A DNA stretch of 64,000 nucleotides, from NCBI GenBank assembly GCA_041562555.1, contig JBFEXS010000002.1, positions 17,368 through 81,367 of the forward strand. The letters run 5' to 3'. Source of the stretch: Sulfurimonadaceae bacterium (lineage in GTDB: Bacteria > Campylobacterota > Campylobacteria > Campylobacterales > Sulfurimonadaceae). Shown piece by piece: positions 29,558 to 39,788 of this stretch. The translations under genes and the position numbers were made by a program. Each line of letters starts with the position of its first letter. The stretch's first letter is position 1. The notes under the pieces are model-generated. The model did not search any database and had not been told where the DNA came from. It worked only from the letters and a program-made list of their open reading frames with translations.

Positions 29558-30330
29558 TTATGCACTCCTTTTTCAATAATTGATGCCGGAACATATCGTT
29601 CACCCGCCATATCCTTATGCGCCAAGCCTATTTTGATATACGCTGCCAGTGAAAGCAACCCAAGCGTCAAAAAGAAAACAGTAATAAACCACTTGTACAT
29701 CTTTAAACGTTTACGGCTTTTTTTAGGATCATTCCCTTCAAACCATCCCCACTTGATCGATAGTCGGTACAGACCAATGGAACCGTGAAATTCAACAGCA
29801 AGCAGCAGCAATAGGTACAACGGGGCCATCCAGTCACTTACCACCCTGTCTGCCGAGGCATAGGGTCCGATCTCCGAAGGATTTGTCATAATGATATAGA
29901 GGTGAACGGAACCGAGAAAAAACATCACAAAACCGGTAAAGACCTGATAAAACCAGAGATTGGTATCCCCATGTTTCATACGCTTCATGTGGGCACGGTA
30001 AAGACGGTACTCCTTAAAGTTTCCCGGAAACTTTCGAACCGCAATAAGTGCATGCGCAATAAAGATGATAAAAAGAAGTCCTGCTGTTACCGAGACGATC
30101 TGTGGATATGATTCACCAAAGATATAGGTTCCTTCAAACATTTTAGTGACCGTATACATCACCTCTTCACCCAAAAGAATACTCGAGACAAAGATCATAT
30201 GGCCCCACATAAACAGCGCCAGGATCAAACCCGTTGCACTCTGTAAATAGTCAAGTTTAGCGGGCATTCGGCTTTTTTTGACTCCGTACTTTATCTCGAC
30301 CTCGTCAACACGCGTGAGTTCTCTCTCCAT
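29554..30330 (-). CDS. frdC: fumarate reductase diheme cytochrome b subunit
   Basis: [16 protein letters not shown], five TM helices with His ligands (WGHM, IAHA, SVHL, EFHG), KWGWF; start chosen at the ATG 30330 with SD AAGGA. Confidence 0.95.
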   Translation of the reverse strand: MERELTRVDEVEIKYGVKKSRMPAKLDYLQSATGLILALFMWGHMIFVSSILLGEEVMYTVTKMFEGTYIFGESYPQIVSVTAGLLFIIFIAHALIAVRKFPGNFKEYRLYRAHMKRMKHGDTNLWFYQVFTGFVMFFLGSVHLYIIMTNPSEIGPYASADRVVSDWMAPLYLLLLLAVEFHGSIGLYRLSIKWGWFEGNDPKKSRKRLKMYKWFITVFFLTLGLLSLAAYIKIGLAHKDMAGERYVPASIIEKGVHK

Positions 30331-30521
30331 ACTCTTCCTTTTATCATTCACAAGATTATCTTGTTAAGTGTAGTAAATATACCTTTAATAGATGTTAAGT
30401 TTCATCATAAAATCTAATATTAACATGATCGGTGTAATACAGTTGTAAAGTTTTTGCCGACTCTTTTAAGCCTTACGATACAAGCACTTGGATAGAATTC
30501 CACTAAAAACAGGGAAATATT

Positions 30522-31292
30522 TTGTCTATAGAAATCATCTCATGGAATGTCAATGGAATCCGTGCTGTCGCTAATAAAGAAGCTTTAAAATGGATCGATG
30601 AACGAGAACCGGACATCTTATGCCTGCAAGAGATCAAAGCCCTTGAAGAACAGATTCCAGATGATCTTTTTGATTTGGAGTACAGTTCACGTGCTGTCAA
30701 CAGTGCTGAGAAAAAAGGCTACTCAGGAACCTGTACCTATTCAGCCATGGAACCGGAATATACAGAGGTGCGTCACACTATTGACCTTGGACGGGAAGGA
30801 CGTATCCTGGAACAGGATTTTGGCGATTTCGTCCTGTTTAACGTCTACTTTCCCAATGGACAAAAGGATGAGGAACGACTGGCAGTCAAGATGAAGTTTT
30901 ATGATGATTTCTTAGATCACTGTAATGCATTAAGAGAGGAGGGAAAATCTATCGTCATCTGCGGAGATGTCAATACGGCGCACAAAGAAATCGATCTCAA
31001 AAACCCAAAAGCCAATTCTAAAACCTCAGGCTTTTTACCGATAGAGCGCGAATGGATCGACAAACTGATCGACAACGGGTACGTCGACACCTTTCGATAT
31101 GTCAACGGTGATGCGATCGACGAATATAGCTGGTGGTCATACCGTTCCGGTGCACGGGCAAAGAACGTAGGCTGGAGAATCGATTATTTTTTTATCTCTG
31201 ATGACTTGATCGAGTGCCTTGAAGATGCCTTTATCATGCAAGACATCATGGGTTCAGACCACTGCCCTGTAGGGATAAAGCTCGACCTATAA
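30522..31292 (+). CDS. xth: exodeoxyribonuclease III / AP endonuclease
   Basis: SWNVNGIRA, LCLQEIK, NVYFPNG, GDVNTAH, GWRIDYF, GSDHCP. Confidence 0.96.
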   Translation: MSIEIISWNVNGIRAVANKEALKWIDEREPDILCLQEIKALEEQIPDDLFDLEYSSRAVNSAEKKGYSGTCTYSAMEPEYTEVRHTIDLGREGRILEQDFGDFVLFNVYFPNGQKDEERLAVKMKFYDDFLDHCNALREEGKSIVICGDVNTAHKEIDLKNPKANSKTSGFLPIEREWIDKLIDNGYVDTFRYVNGDAIDEYSWWSYRSGARAKNVGWRIDYFFISDDLIECLEDAFIMQDIMGSDHCPVGIKLDL

Positions 31293-31746
31293 CAGATATC
31301 CCTACCAATTAATTTCTAAGCATACAAAACTTGAGGGCGCCTATACTTTCAGTGATATCATACTGATACACGGCCCCTTAAAATTGTTTATATTCTCCAT
31401 TTAGTCTTAATTTATCAATGAAAATATTACAAGCCTAACGATCTTTTTGTAAATCCCAACATATTATTTGCTAAACCGACTTTACATTAAACCTATATGT
31501 CTTATGAACGAAAAAAGCTGTTTTGAATATAAGGGATACATATAAGCTGACAAAAGGAATATCGTTGAATTTGCTTACATGAAGCTAGATTAAGTTAGAA
31601 CTCTACATATATTTTTTTATAATTAATTTCCTAATTATTGTGCTACACTATAGCTATAAGTCACTATAAGACTCGAGTAAATGCTCTTAATCATGGCTTC
31701 GTAAAACATAGATAAGTAATTATCAATAAAACTTAAGGTTGTAGAA

Positions 31747-32157
31747 ATGGAAAGAGAAATCAAAGCAAAAATGGATGAGTTGATTGCACTGCTGAAAGAT
31801 CCAGAAGTAACTGTAAGTGAAAAAGAGATGATAGTGAAGTTGGAGAAAGTGCTCGAGTTAATGAACAATCCAGAGCAGATTGCAGCAGAAAGGGCTAAGT
31901 TACAAGAAAGACTTAAGGCTGTTGTTACCCTTGTCGATAAAGCATCAGTTGACCCGGACATTGATGTCGAGTATTGTGTATCTGAAAATGGTGAGGCCCC
32001 GTATATTGCTGTTAAATATGCTGAAGACAAATATGTTGAGCGGAAAATTCGTTTGACTGACAAGTATTTAGATAATTCTGCCGAAGAGATTGCAAAACTA
32101 GTAACCTTCTCGATTGAACAGTTTAAAGAAGAAATTGATTCTGTTCAGATGGGTTAA
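31747..32157 (+). CDS. hypothetical protein
   Basis: 136-aa ORF with SD-like AAGG, in an AT-rich segment. Confidence 0.75.
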   Translation: MEREIKAKMDELIALLKDPEVTVSEKEMIVKLEKVLELMNNPEQIAAERAKLQERLKAVVTLVDKASVDPDIDVEYCVSENGEAPYIAVKYAEDKYVERKIRLTDKYLDNSAEEIAKLVTFSIEQFKEEIDSVQMG

Positions 32158-32470
32158 GATTCAGCTCATATCTTGTCACAATTAGCAGTTTTTTATACTT
32201 AGTCTAAAGTTCACAACAAAATGAGTTCACATATATCAAAAAGTGAATAACCAACTGCAACTTTGGTGTGCAGTAATACCGGTCAAGATGACAATACTAA
32301 AAAGCATTCAAAGTGCTTACAATAGAAATTAGGATAAACAGTAGGGTGATTTTAGATGAATACTGCTGACATTTGATAAACATCACGTTGTGCCATTGTT
32401 AAATTCGGGTTCTATTAGGCTTCAGATATTACCTATGAACACCTATTAAGTTTATGAATAAAGGAAAATT

Positions 32471-33055
32471 GTGAACAAAATAATAATTTTTGTATTAGGC
32501 TTTATACTAACCTCATGCGTCACAATAGCACCTGTTGTGAACCCTAATAATGAAATCAGTATATATGGTGTCACATCATTGCCTCCTCAAAATGGTAACT
32601 GGACTTTACTTGCTGCTGCAGGTTACCAAATATCTCTTGCTAAAGAAGGGTCGCAAAAAAATGAATCTTTAGTTGCTAATGTAGTAATTTATCAAATTCC
32701 TGAATTTACAAACAATGATGAGTTTCTTAGTCACATTTCTCAAGGCCGTGCAGCAGAGCCTGATATAGGAAGATTTGAAAATATCAAAAATGAAGAAATA
32801 CTTACACTTTTTAAAGACGTAACATGTGTCAAGTATCATTCAATATCAAAAGACAAGGCAGCAAGACTTCAAACTGGTGATACAGCAGAAATGCTTTTAG
32901 AAAGCATGGGATATCATTGCATACATCCAAAAAACAATACTGTGGGTGTGAATATAGAATATTCACTTCGTCATTTTTCAGATACAAACTACCCAATGTA
33001 TCCTAAAGACGCGAATGAATTTTTCAATAATATCAAGTTCACAAAATTCAAATAG
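32471..33055 (+). CDS. putative lipoprotein of unknown function
   Basis: SD AAGGA, GTG start, lipobox LTSC, two further Cys; AT-rich codon usage. Confidence 0.8.
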   Translation: MNKIIIFVLGFILTSCVTIAPVVNPNNEISIYGVTSLPPQNGNWTLLAAAGYQISLAKEGSQKNESLVANVVIYQIPEFTNNDEFLSHISQGRAAEPDIGRFENIKNEEILTLFKDVTCVKYHSISKDKAARLQTGDTAEMLLESMGYHCIHPKNNTVGVNIEYSLRHFSDTNYPMYPKDANEFFNNIKFTKFK

Positions 33056-33099
33056 TATCCAATATGTTGAGCTTTATTAATTATGAAATGTGAACAAAT

Positions 33100-33630
33100 T
33101 TATTTTGCCTTTGGGCGAAACGGCTTGATCACTTCCTCATTACACTCTAGATAAGGACCTTCGATAAGATCAATACAGTAAGGTACCGCCGGGAATACAG
33201 CATCCAGACACTCACGGATAGACTTTGGTTTACCCGGAAGGTTGATGATAAGCGACTGCCCTCGTATACCGGCTGTTTGACGTGAAAGAATAGCAGTCGG
33301 CACAAATTTTAGAGACTCTTGACGCATTAATTCTCCAAAACCAGGCATCATCTTCTCACATACATTTTCAGTAGCTTCAGGGGTAACATCACGCAATGCC
33401 GGCCCCGTTCCACCGGTTGTAACAACTAAACAACATTTCTCGGTATCACACAACTCGACCATTGTCTTTTCGATCTCTTCTTGTACATCAGGAATACAAC
33501 GATAAACAATCTCAAACTCACTTGTCAAATATTCTTTCATCGTATCCTGGATCGCGACACCTGAAATATCCTCATAAATTCCTGCACTTGCTCTATCTGA
33601 AGCAGTGATCACTCCGATCTTAATCTCCAT
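33100..33630 (-). CDS. mog: molybdopterin adenylyltransferase
   Basis: ITASDRAS.G.YED.SG, TTGGTGPALRDVTPEAT, NLPGKPKSIREC; start at the ATG 33630 with SD AAGGAG. Confidence 0.97.
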   Translation of the reverse strand: MEIKIGVITASDRASAGIYEDISGVAIQDTMKEYLTSEFEIVYRCIPDVQEEIEKTMVELCDTEKCCLVVTTGGTGPALRDVTPEATENVCEKMMPGFGELMRQESLKFVPTAILSRQTAGIRGQSLIINLPGKPKSIRECLDAVFPAVPYCIDLIEGPYLECNEEVIKPFRPKAK

Positions 33631-33640
33631 TTTATCTCCT

Positions 33641-34168
33641 TTATTCATTAGTGTCCTGTATCTGTAAAGTATGTCCGGCATGATTGATCATATAGGTCGT
33701 CGCATAAGGAAGAAAAAATATTTTTGCCTTATATGCATCAATTATTTTGTCTTCACTACCTAGATATACTTCGATCTTGACGCCTCTATCATTTAGCTCT
33801 TTTAGCTCATCCACCTTCCAGACAAAAGAGAGCAGCTCATCAAGCTCTTCTGCCTTCCCGGCTTCCAATCGGACACGCTCGTCTTTATCAACAGGATCAA
33901 AACAGGAAGCTATGAAGTTCTGCAGATAAGCATCTCTGTCTTTGGAAAAATACATGTTTTGCATACGCTTGAACTTGTCGTTTTTATCCTGAAAAAATGC
34001 AGGTGAAAAGAGTTGAAGGGTATCTACCCTGCTCCTACTCTCCTGTACCGCTTTAAAAGCTTTAATGGCACCATAGGAAAAACCGGCTACCGTGTAAGCA
34101 GAGTCTTTGAGATAGTCTGTAAAAAGTACCTGGTCGTTTGACAGAGAAAACCCGCTATAAAACTTCAT
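33641..34168 (-). CDS. bioV: pimeloyl-ACP methyl ester esterase, BioV type
   Basis: MKFYSGFS start, GFSYG nucleophile elbow, LFSPAFFQ, DKII, GH catalytic His. Confidence 0.85.
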   Translation of the reverse strand: MKFYSGFSLSNDQVLFTDYLKDSAYTVAGFSYGAIKAFKAVQESRSRVDTLQLFSPAFFQDKNDKFKRMQNMYFSKDRDAYLQNFIASCFDPVDKDERVRLEAGKAEELDELLSFVWKVDELKELNDRGVKIEVYLGSEDKIIDAYKAKIFFLPYATTYMINHAGHTLQIQDTNE

Positions 34169-35798
34169 CCATCACTTTCTTGATCTGTTCTTTGTTGATC
34201 TGTTCTTTACTTATCAGTTCATTTTGCAGAGCTTGTATCTGTGCCTGCATTCCTGTTAAGAACTCTTTGGTTTCAGTATACAAGCGGTTGATAAGATGTA
34301 TATCGTCTTTGGAACTAGGAATGATCTGATCACCCATTCCATAGTTCTCTAAAATCAACGTCACGATCTTTTTGACCTCATTAAGGTCCTGTTCCACATT
34401 GGTCGAATGTTCACCATAATGGATCTCGCAGATCGCCATACCCGAAAGCATCACCTTCACATAAGAAAGAAGCTTGTGTTTCGTGACCAACTCCACATCA
34501 TAAGGTCTCAGGCCGTCATTAATCATGGTGAACTTCTCAAAGGGCACCTCAAACCAGTACGCACTTAAGGCCTTGGCCGCTTGATATAAGGCTTGGAGCT
34601 CTTTTTCTTCACGTGTATACGACTTGAGCTTACGCTTCCCGAAAACCACCTTGTCCTTGACCGCCAAGACTTCTTCCATAGAGATATTATGACGGTTACG
34701 ACGAAGTGCTTCCAGGGCCGCCTCATTGACCAGAGTCGCCAAAGAAGCTCCGTTGAATCCAATCGTCATCTTTGCGATCTCTTTTGTGTCAACTTCATGG
34801 ATCATCTTCTCAAAATGCTTATCCAGGATTAAACGGCGTTCATCAATATTTGGAAGATCTACGAAGACACGTCTATCAAAACGTCCTGAACGCAGCAATG
34901 CTGAGTCCAGTACCTCTATTTTATTCGTTGCAGCGATCACGACAACACCCGATGAATCTTCAAAACCATCCATCTCGGTCAGAAGCTGGTTAAGTGTCGC
35001 TTCGCGTTCATCATTACGTGTCCCGCCGCGGGAACGCCCGACAGCATCGATTTCATCAATAAAGATAATACTCGGTGCATTACGTTTGGCCTGAATAAAA
35101 AGTTCACGTACGCGTTTTGCACCCATTCCGACATAGATCTGTACAAATGAGGCACCCGATTGATAATAGAAAGGCACATTCGCTTCTCCGGCCACCGCCT
35201 TGGCGATCATCGTCTTACCAACGCCCGGAGGACCTACTAACAATACTCCTTTTGGCATCTTTGCACCAAAGTTTCTGTATTTTTTAGGGCTTTTCAAAAA
35301 GTCAATAATCTCTTCAAGTTCTTCTTTGACATCCTTGATCCCGCCAACATCCTTGAAGGTGATATCAGAATGGGAAGGCACAATAGGCTCACTCAGTCCA
35401 GAACCATTTACACCTGTACTGTTTTTTTGACTTTTATGCTTCTCTTCATTCTCTTTCAGACTAAAACGATATGTCACACCGCCGACGATCATGATGATGG
35501 TCAAAAGCATCAGGATCTGGACAGCATAATTCCCGGACCCCGTCTCTACGGGAACATGAGAAAACATCTCCTTATCGACCAAGACTGTGGGAATACGGTA
35601 CTTCTCATCAGCGGTAATAATATAGACTTTCTCATCCGCCAGGACTGCACGTTTAATCAATCCTTTCTCCAAAAGTTCCGTCGTCTTGTCCAGGGTAATA
35701 GGTACCGAACTATCCCGTAAGAGTGCAAATAGAAAAAGTCCAAGTAAGACACCCGCAGAAACGTATAAGACCCAGCGATTTGTCTTAGAGTCTAGCAT
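34155..35798 (-). CDS. FtsH-like membrane AAA+ ATPase lacking the HExxH motif
   Basis: two TM helices, [44 protein letters not shown] where HEAGH is expected. Confidence 0.92.
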   Translation of the reverse strand: MLDSKTNRWVLYVSAGVLLGLFLFALLRDSSVPITLDKTTELLEKGLIKRAVLADEKVYIITADEKYRIPTVLVDKEMFSHVPVETGSGNYAVQILMLLTIIMIVGGVTYRFSLKENEEKHKSQKNSTGVNGSGLSEPIVPSHSDITFKDVGGIKDVKEELEEIIDFLKSPKKYRNFGAKMPKGVLLVGPPGVGKTMIAKAVAGEANVPFYYQSGASFVQIYVGMGAKRVRELFIQAKRNAPSIIFIDEIDAVGRSRGGTRNDEREATLNQLLTEMDGFEDSSGVVVIAATNKIEVLDSALLRSGRFDRRVFVDLPNIDERRLILDKHFEKMIHEVDTKEIAKMTIGFNGASLATLVNEAALEALRRNRHNISMEEVLAVKDKVVFGKRKLKSYTREEKELQALYQAAKALSAYWFEVPFEKFTMINDGLRPYDVELVTKHKLLSYVKVMLSGMAICEIHYGEHSTNVEQDLNEVKKIVTLILENYGMGDQIIPSSKDDIHLINRLYTETKEFLTGMQAQIQALQNELISKEQINKEQIKKVMDEVL

Positions 35799-37035
35799 AG
35801 TTCAACTCCTCTTTGATCTCATAATCCTCAATCGTGATCCAGTTCCCGCTGAGATCATGTTCACACTCTATCTCAATCTTATTGAAAAATTGGTCGAGAC
35901 CCGTGTATATTCCTTCTTTTTCACTTTCAACCAAGACCTCCAAGGGTACCTTGTGGGATTTTCTAAATGCCAGATTGTTCGCATGTATGAGCTCAGTGAG
36001 TTCTGTCATCCTTGCTTTGGAGACAAGCCCGTTCACCTCCCCCTTCATGCTGGCAGAAGGCGTGCCGTCACGTTTAGAATACGTAAAGGCGTGGACATGG
36101 GTCAACGGCATCTGCTTCAGATTACGCATCGCTTCAGTCCATAGCGCATCCGTCTCGCCAGGATGTCCAACGATAAAATCCGTCCCCAGAGCATATCCCT
36201 TTTGTGCAAGTTCATTGAGCAGTTTAATATCCGTATCAACACGATTACGGCGGTTCATGATGCGCAACATCTCCTGGCTTGAGTGTTGGATCGCAATATG
36301 TAGATGTCTTTCCAACCACGGCTCGTCTAGCAGCTCTTTGAACTCAGGCGTGATCTGTATCGGCTCCATACTACCTAGACGGATACGGCGTACACCTTTG
36401 ATCATAGACATGCGTTTAAGCAAACCTGCCATGGAGCGCTTTTCACCCTGTCCGTAGGAGCCGACATTCGTTCCTGTCAGGATAAACTCACCAAACCCGT
36501 TGGCCGCCAAACGTCTGACCTGTTCCAAGATCTTCTCTTCATCATGGCTTCGGGCATCACCCCGTACAAAAGGTATGATACAGTATGAACAGCGAAAATT
36601 ACACCCTTCTTGCACCTTGATAAAGGCGCGGGATTTTCCGACAAACTCTTCTACCACCGTATCGTCAATAAAGTCTAAATCGCCAATCTCGTAGAACTTC
36701 GTCTCTTTCTTGAGCATCTCATTGATCTTTGCCTTCTCCGACTGGCCAAAGACACCAAAGACCTTATCTGCTTCAAATAATGACTCGCCTTTCGTATGGG
36801 CCCCGCATCCAGTCAGATAGACCTTGGCTCCTTTTTTATTCGCCGCATTGACATAACCCCGCACACCGGAGTCAGCGCCATTGGTCACAGTACATGAATT
36901 AACGATGATGATATCTGCTGCATCCTCATCCTGAGTGATCTCGAAATCTTTAAGGTGTGAAAGCATGACCTGCGAATCAAAGAGGTTTGTTCGACAACCG
37001 AAGGTCTTGATATATACTTTAGGGCTGTTGGCCAT
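35785..37035 (-). CDS. mtaB: tRNA t6A37 methylthiotransferase
   Basis: TFGCRTN, VNSCTVT, TGC, radical-SAM CNFRCSYC, HVHAFTYSKRDGT. Confidence 0.9.
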   Translation of the reverse strand: MANSPKVYIKTFGCRTNLFDSQVMLSHLKDFEITQDEDAADIIIVNSCTVTNGADSGVRGYVNAANKKGAKVYLTGCGAHTKGESLFEADKVFGVFGQSEKAKINEMLKKETKFYEIGDLDFIDDTVVEEFVGKSRAFIKVQEGCNFRCSYCIIPFVRGDARSHDEEKILEQVRRLAANGFGEFILTGTNVGSYGQGEKRSMAGLLKRMSMIKGVRRIRLGSMEPIQITPEFKELLDEPWLERHLHIAIQHSSQEMLRIMNRRNRVDTDIKLLNELAQKGYALGTDFIVGHPGETDALWTEAMRNLKQMPLTHVHAFTYSKRDGTPSASMKGEVNGLVSKARMTELTELIHANNLAFRKSHKVPLEVLVESEKEGIYTGLDQFFNKIEIECEHDLSGNWITIEDYEIKEELNYARL

Positions 37036-38666
37036 TACCACTGTGCTCCTAAATCTTTTGACTCATCCAATGGAGGAAGTTCATTCGGCCGTTTTTCTAC
37101 GGGATTGAGATGAAGCATCTGTGTAGGGTAAGCGATTTGAATATCTTCTGCCTGATTATAGGCCTCAATGATCTCAACTGAGATAGTCGATCTCAAGGTC
37201 AAGGTCGCATAGGCATTGGTCAGGTACCAGGTACTGATACGCACCCCGTTCTCTTCAGCAAACGAGAAGATGCGCGGCTCAACATTGGTGTTCTTGAGAC
37301 TATAACGGTTACGCAGTTTATTCAACTGTGTCCGGGTAATATCCGTATACCCTTTAGAGTACTTTCGGGCGATCTCTTTAGCGATATGGCTCGCTTTGCG
37401 ATGGTTGGAATCAAAGGTGATCGTTATATCAATACCATCCCATACGGTTTTCAAAGTCGCGTGAGAATAGTTCGCCAGAAGCGTCGTAAAGACATAGTTA
37501 TTAGGGATAAAGATGATACGCCCGGCGCGACGGTTACTCATGTAGGTCGTAAGGGTGATATCTTCAAAGATAGTGATACGCAGCAAGGAAATATCCAGTA
37601 CATCACCGACATATTCCACCCCCTCTTTGATAACACGGATCCTGTCACCGACACTGATGGAACCACTCACCAGAAGTACAAACCAGCCTAACATCGACAT
37701 GAACCAGTCTTTCATCGCAATGGCGATACCTGCAGAAGCGAAACCCAGTACGGTGATGATATAACTTACGTTGTCGATATATGAGAATGCGACAATGATG
37801 ACGATGAGCGAGATGTTAACGAAGGTAAGCATCTTATGCGCCATATAGATACGTTCATTATCGGTGATATATTTCTTGATGACCAGTTTGGCTAAAACGA
37901 ACAGGATAAAGAGGACGATAATGATGATCCCAAGGTTCAACAGTTTCCATATCTGCGCCTTGATCTCCTTTTGAAGTTGTGTCTCGACTCCGTCAATACG
38001 CTGTGCATATAGGACAGAAGCCTTATTAACCGTTTCCAGAGCACCCTCGAAAATCGTCAGTTTATGTAGGTCATCTTTGGCGATCACTCCATCTTCTTCT
38101 GATTTTGTCAATGCTGCCAGTTCACTGCTGATGCGTGTCTTTTTACGCAAGAGGACAATATAATCACCCAAAGTACTCTCTTCTTGAAGGTATTCTTTGA
38201 GTTTTCCTTCAATAAGCTTGATATACGAAAGCGCGGTAAAAATCGAAAAAGGATTACTTACTTCAGGTACTTCAGGCAGTTCATCAGGGATAAGCAGTTC
38301 GGTAAAGGGTGCATTCTCCTTGCCCTGAAGCAGATCGATTTGATTTGCAAGGATATGCTCGCGGGTCTCCAAAGCATTAAGTTCGTCCCGCTCTTCAAAA
38401 TTATTACCCTTTTTGGCAAGTTTCTTGATCTGCTTTCGAACCTCTTTAAGCTCTTTGGATACATTCAGCGAAGTAGTGTAGGAGTCGTATGACTTCTGCC
38501 ATAGGATGCCCTCTTTTCCAAGCTCTTTGATCGTCTTGTCATGCGCTTCTCGTAATTGATTGATATGCGCCTGTCGCTGTAGCTGTTCCGTTCTATTAAG
38601 ATCTGCTGTCTCTTCAGCAAAACAGAGTGTCGCGACACTCAACAATACCAATAGAAGTCTAGTCAC
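37035..38666 (-). CDS. MscS-family mechanosensitive channel with periplasmic coiled coil
   Basis: signal peptide, TM helices, LGFASAGIAIAMKD, VGDRI, FIPNN, IAYPTQ. Confidence 0.9.
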   Translation of the reverse strand: MTRLLLVLLSVATLCFAEETADLNRTEQLQRQAHINQLREAHDKTIKELGKEGILWQKSYDSYTTSLNVSKELKEVRKQIKKLAKKGNNFEERDELNALETREHILANQIDLLQGKENAPFTELLIPDELPEVPEVSNPFSIFTALSYIKLIEGKLKEYLQEESTLGDYIVLLRKKTRISSELAALTKSEEDGVIAKDDLHKLTIFEGALETVNKASVLYAQRIDGVETQLQKEIKAQIWKLLNLGIIIIVLFILFVLAKLVIKKYITDNERIYMAHKMLTFVNISLIVIIVAFSYIDNVSYIITVLGFASAGIAIAMKDWFMSMLGWFVLLVSGSISVGDRIRVIKEGVEYVGDVLDISLLRITIFEDITLTTYMSNRRAGRIIFIPNNYVFTTLLANYSHATLKTVWDGIDITITFDSNHRKASHIAKEIARKYSKGYTDITRTQLNKLRNRYSLKNTNVEPRIFSFAEENGVRISTWYLTNAYATLTLRSTISVEIIEAYNQAEDIQIAYPTQMLHLNPVEKRPNELPPLDESKDLGAQW

Positions 38667-39717
38667 CTTTATGTCCTGCGTAAGTTTTAAGGATGTCCAT
38701 CACGATATCTTTATCAATGTCATCTCGAAGCTGCACTCCGCCGATATGTTCGGGCACAATAAAGGTGATTGCAGCGTCTGAACTTTTCTTATCCAAGAAG
38801 AACGCTTCATAAAATGCCTCGACATCACTGATTTCATAGGCTACAGGAAGTTCATACTTTTGAAGCAACTGCTTGATACGCATCTCCTCATCACTTTTCA
38901 TCATCCCAAGACGTGTTGCCAGTTCATTGGCCATCATCATACCGATCGCTACGGTTTCACCATGAAGATAGCGTGTATAGTTCGTCTCATTCTCAATCAC
39001 ATGACCGAAGGTATGTCCATAGTTCAACGCGGCACGCAGACCTTTTTCTTTCTCATCTTGAGAAACAACATAAGCTTTAGTCTCCACAGATTTAGCGATA
39101 GCCGTTTTGATCTGTTCAGGATCAAGTAGGTCAGCCTGTTCCAGCCATTCAAAAAACTCCTGGTTAAAGCAGACAGCCATCTTAACCACTTCGGCGATTC
39201 CCGCCGCATATTCACGTCTAGGTAGTGTAGACAAGAAGTGCGGATCGATATAAACAGCTCGGGGCTGATGAAATGCACCGATAAGATTTTTTCCGTAGGC
39301 ATTGTTAATACCTGTTTTACCGCCTACACTTGCATCTACCTGTGACAGCAGTGTTGTAGGGACTTGAATAAAGTCAATCCCACGCTGATAAATACTTGCT
39401 GCAAATCCTGTCATATCACCGATAACACCACCGCCCAAGGCGATCAAGACCGAAGAACGGTTGAACTTGTGCTCGAATAGATTATTGACGATCTTTTCTA
39501 TTGTCGAAAGTGTCTTGTAGTTCTCACCGTCTTCAACGGTGATTATATAGACCTCTTTTGCACTTAATCGTGAAAGAAGATAATGCAGATGCAAACCACC
39601 GACTTTTGGGTTAGTCACAATGGCGACTTTTGCATCTACCGTGATCTCTTCGAGGGTACCGATATGTACCGGGTAAGAGTTGTCGATCTCTTTTTTTAGC
39701 TCAATATCTATCTTCAT
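38659..39717 (-). CDS. aroB: 3-dehydroquinate synthase
   Basis: ALGGGVIGD, PTTLLSQVDASVGGKTG, LNYGHTFGH, LHGE. Confidence 0.97.
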   Translation of the reverse strand: MKIDIELKKEIDNSYPVHIGTLEEITVDAKVAIVTNPKVGGLHLHYLLSRLSAKEVYIITVEDGENYKTLSTIEKIVNNLFEHKFNRSSVLIALGGGVIGDMTGFAASIYQRGIDFIQVPTTLLSQVDASVGGKTGINNAYGKNLIGAFHQPRAVYIDPHFLSTLPRREYAAGIAEVVKMAVCFNQEFFEWLEQADLLDPEQIKTAIAKSVETKAYVVSQDEKEKGLRAALNYGHTFGHVIENETNYTRYLHGETVAIGMMMANELATRLGMMKSDEEMRIKQLLQKYELPVAYEISDVEAFYEAFFLDKKSSDAAITFIVPEHIGGVQLRDDIDKDIVMDILKTYAGHKGD

Positions 39718-39788
39718 TATCTATCCAAAATGTTTTAATGGGATAGATAATACTAAAGCAAGGCTTTAAAGGGGATAAACCGGGCTGT

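Noticed and set aside
32158..32470. attC site or CRISPR-like repeats in the AT-rich islet
   Set aside because: One GTTAAAT is present but no convincing RYYYAAC partner or L boxes; no regularly spaced repeats
34180..34208. Short tandem repeat TGATCTGTTCTTT
   Set aside because: It encodes KEQINKEQI at the FtsH-like C-terminus; no independent significance
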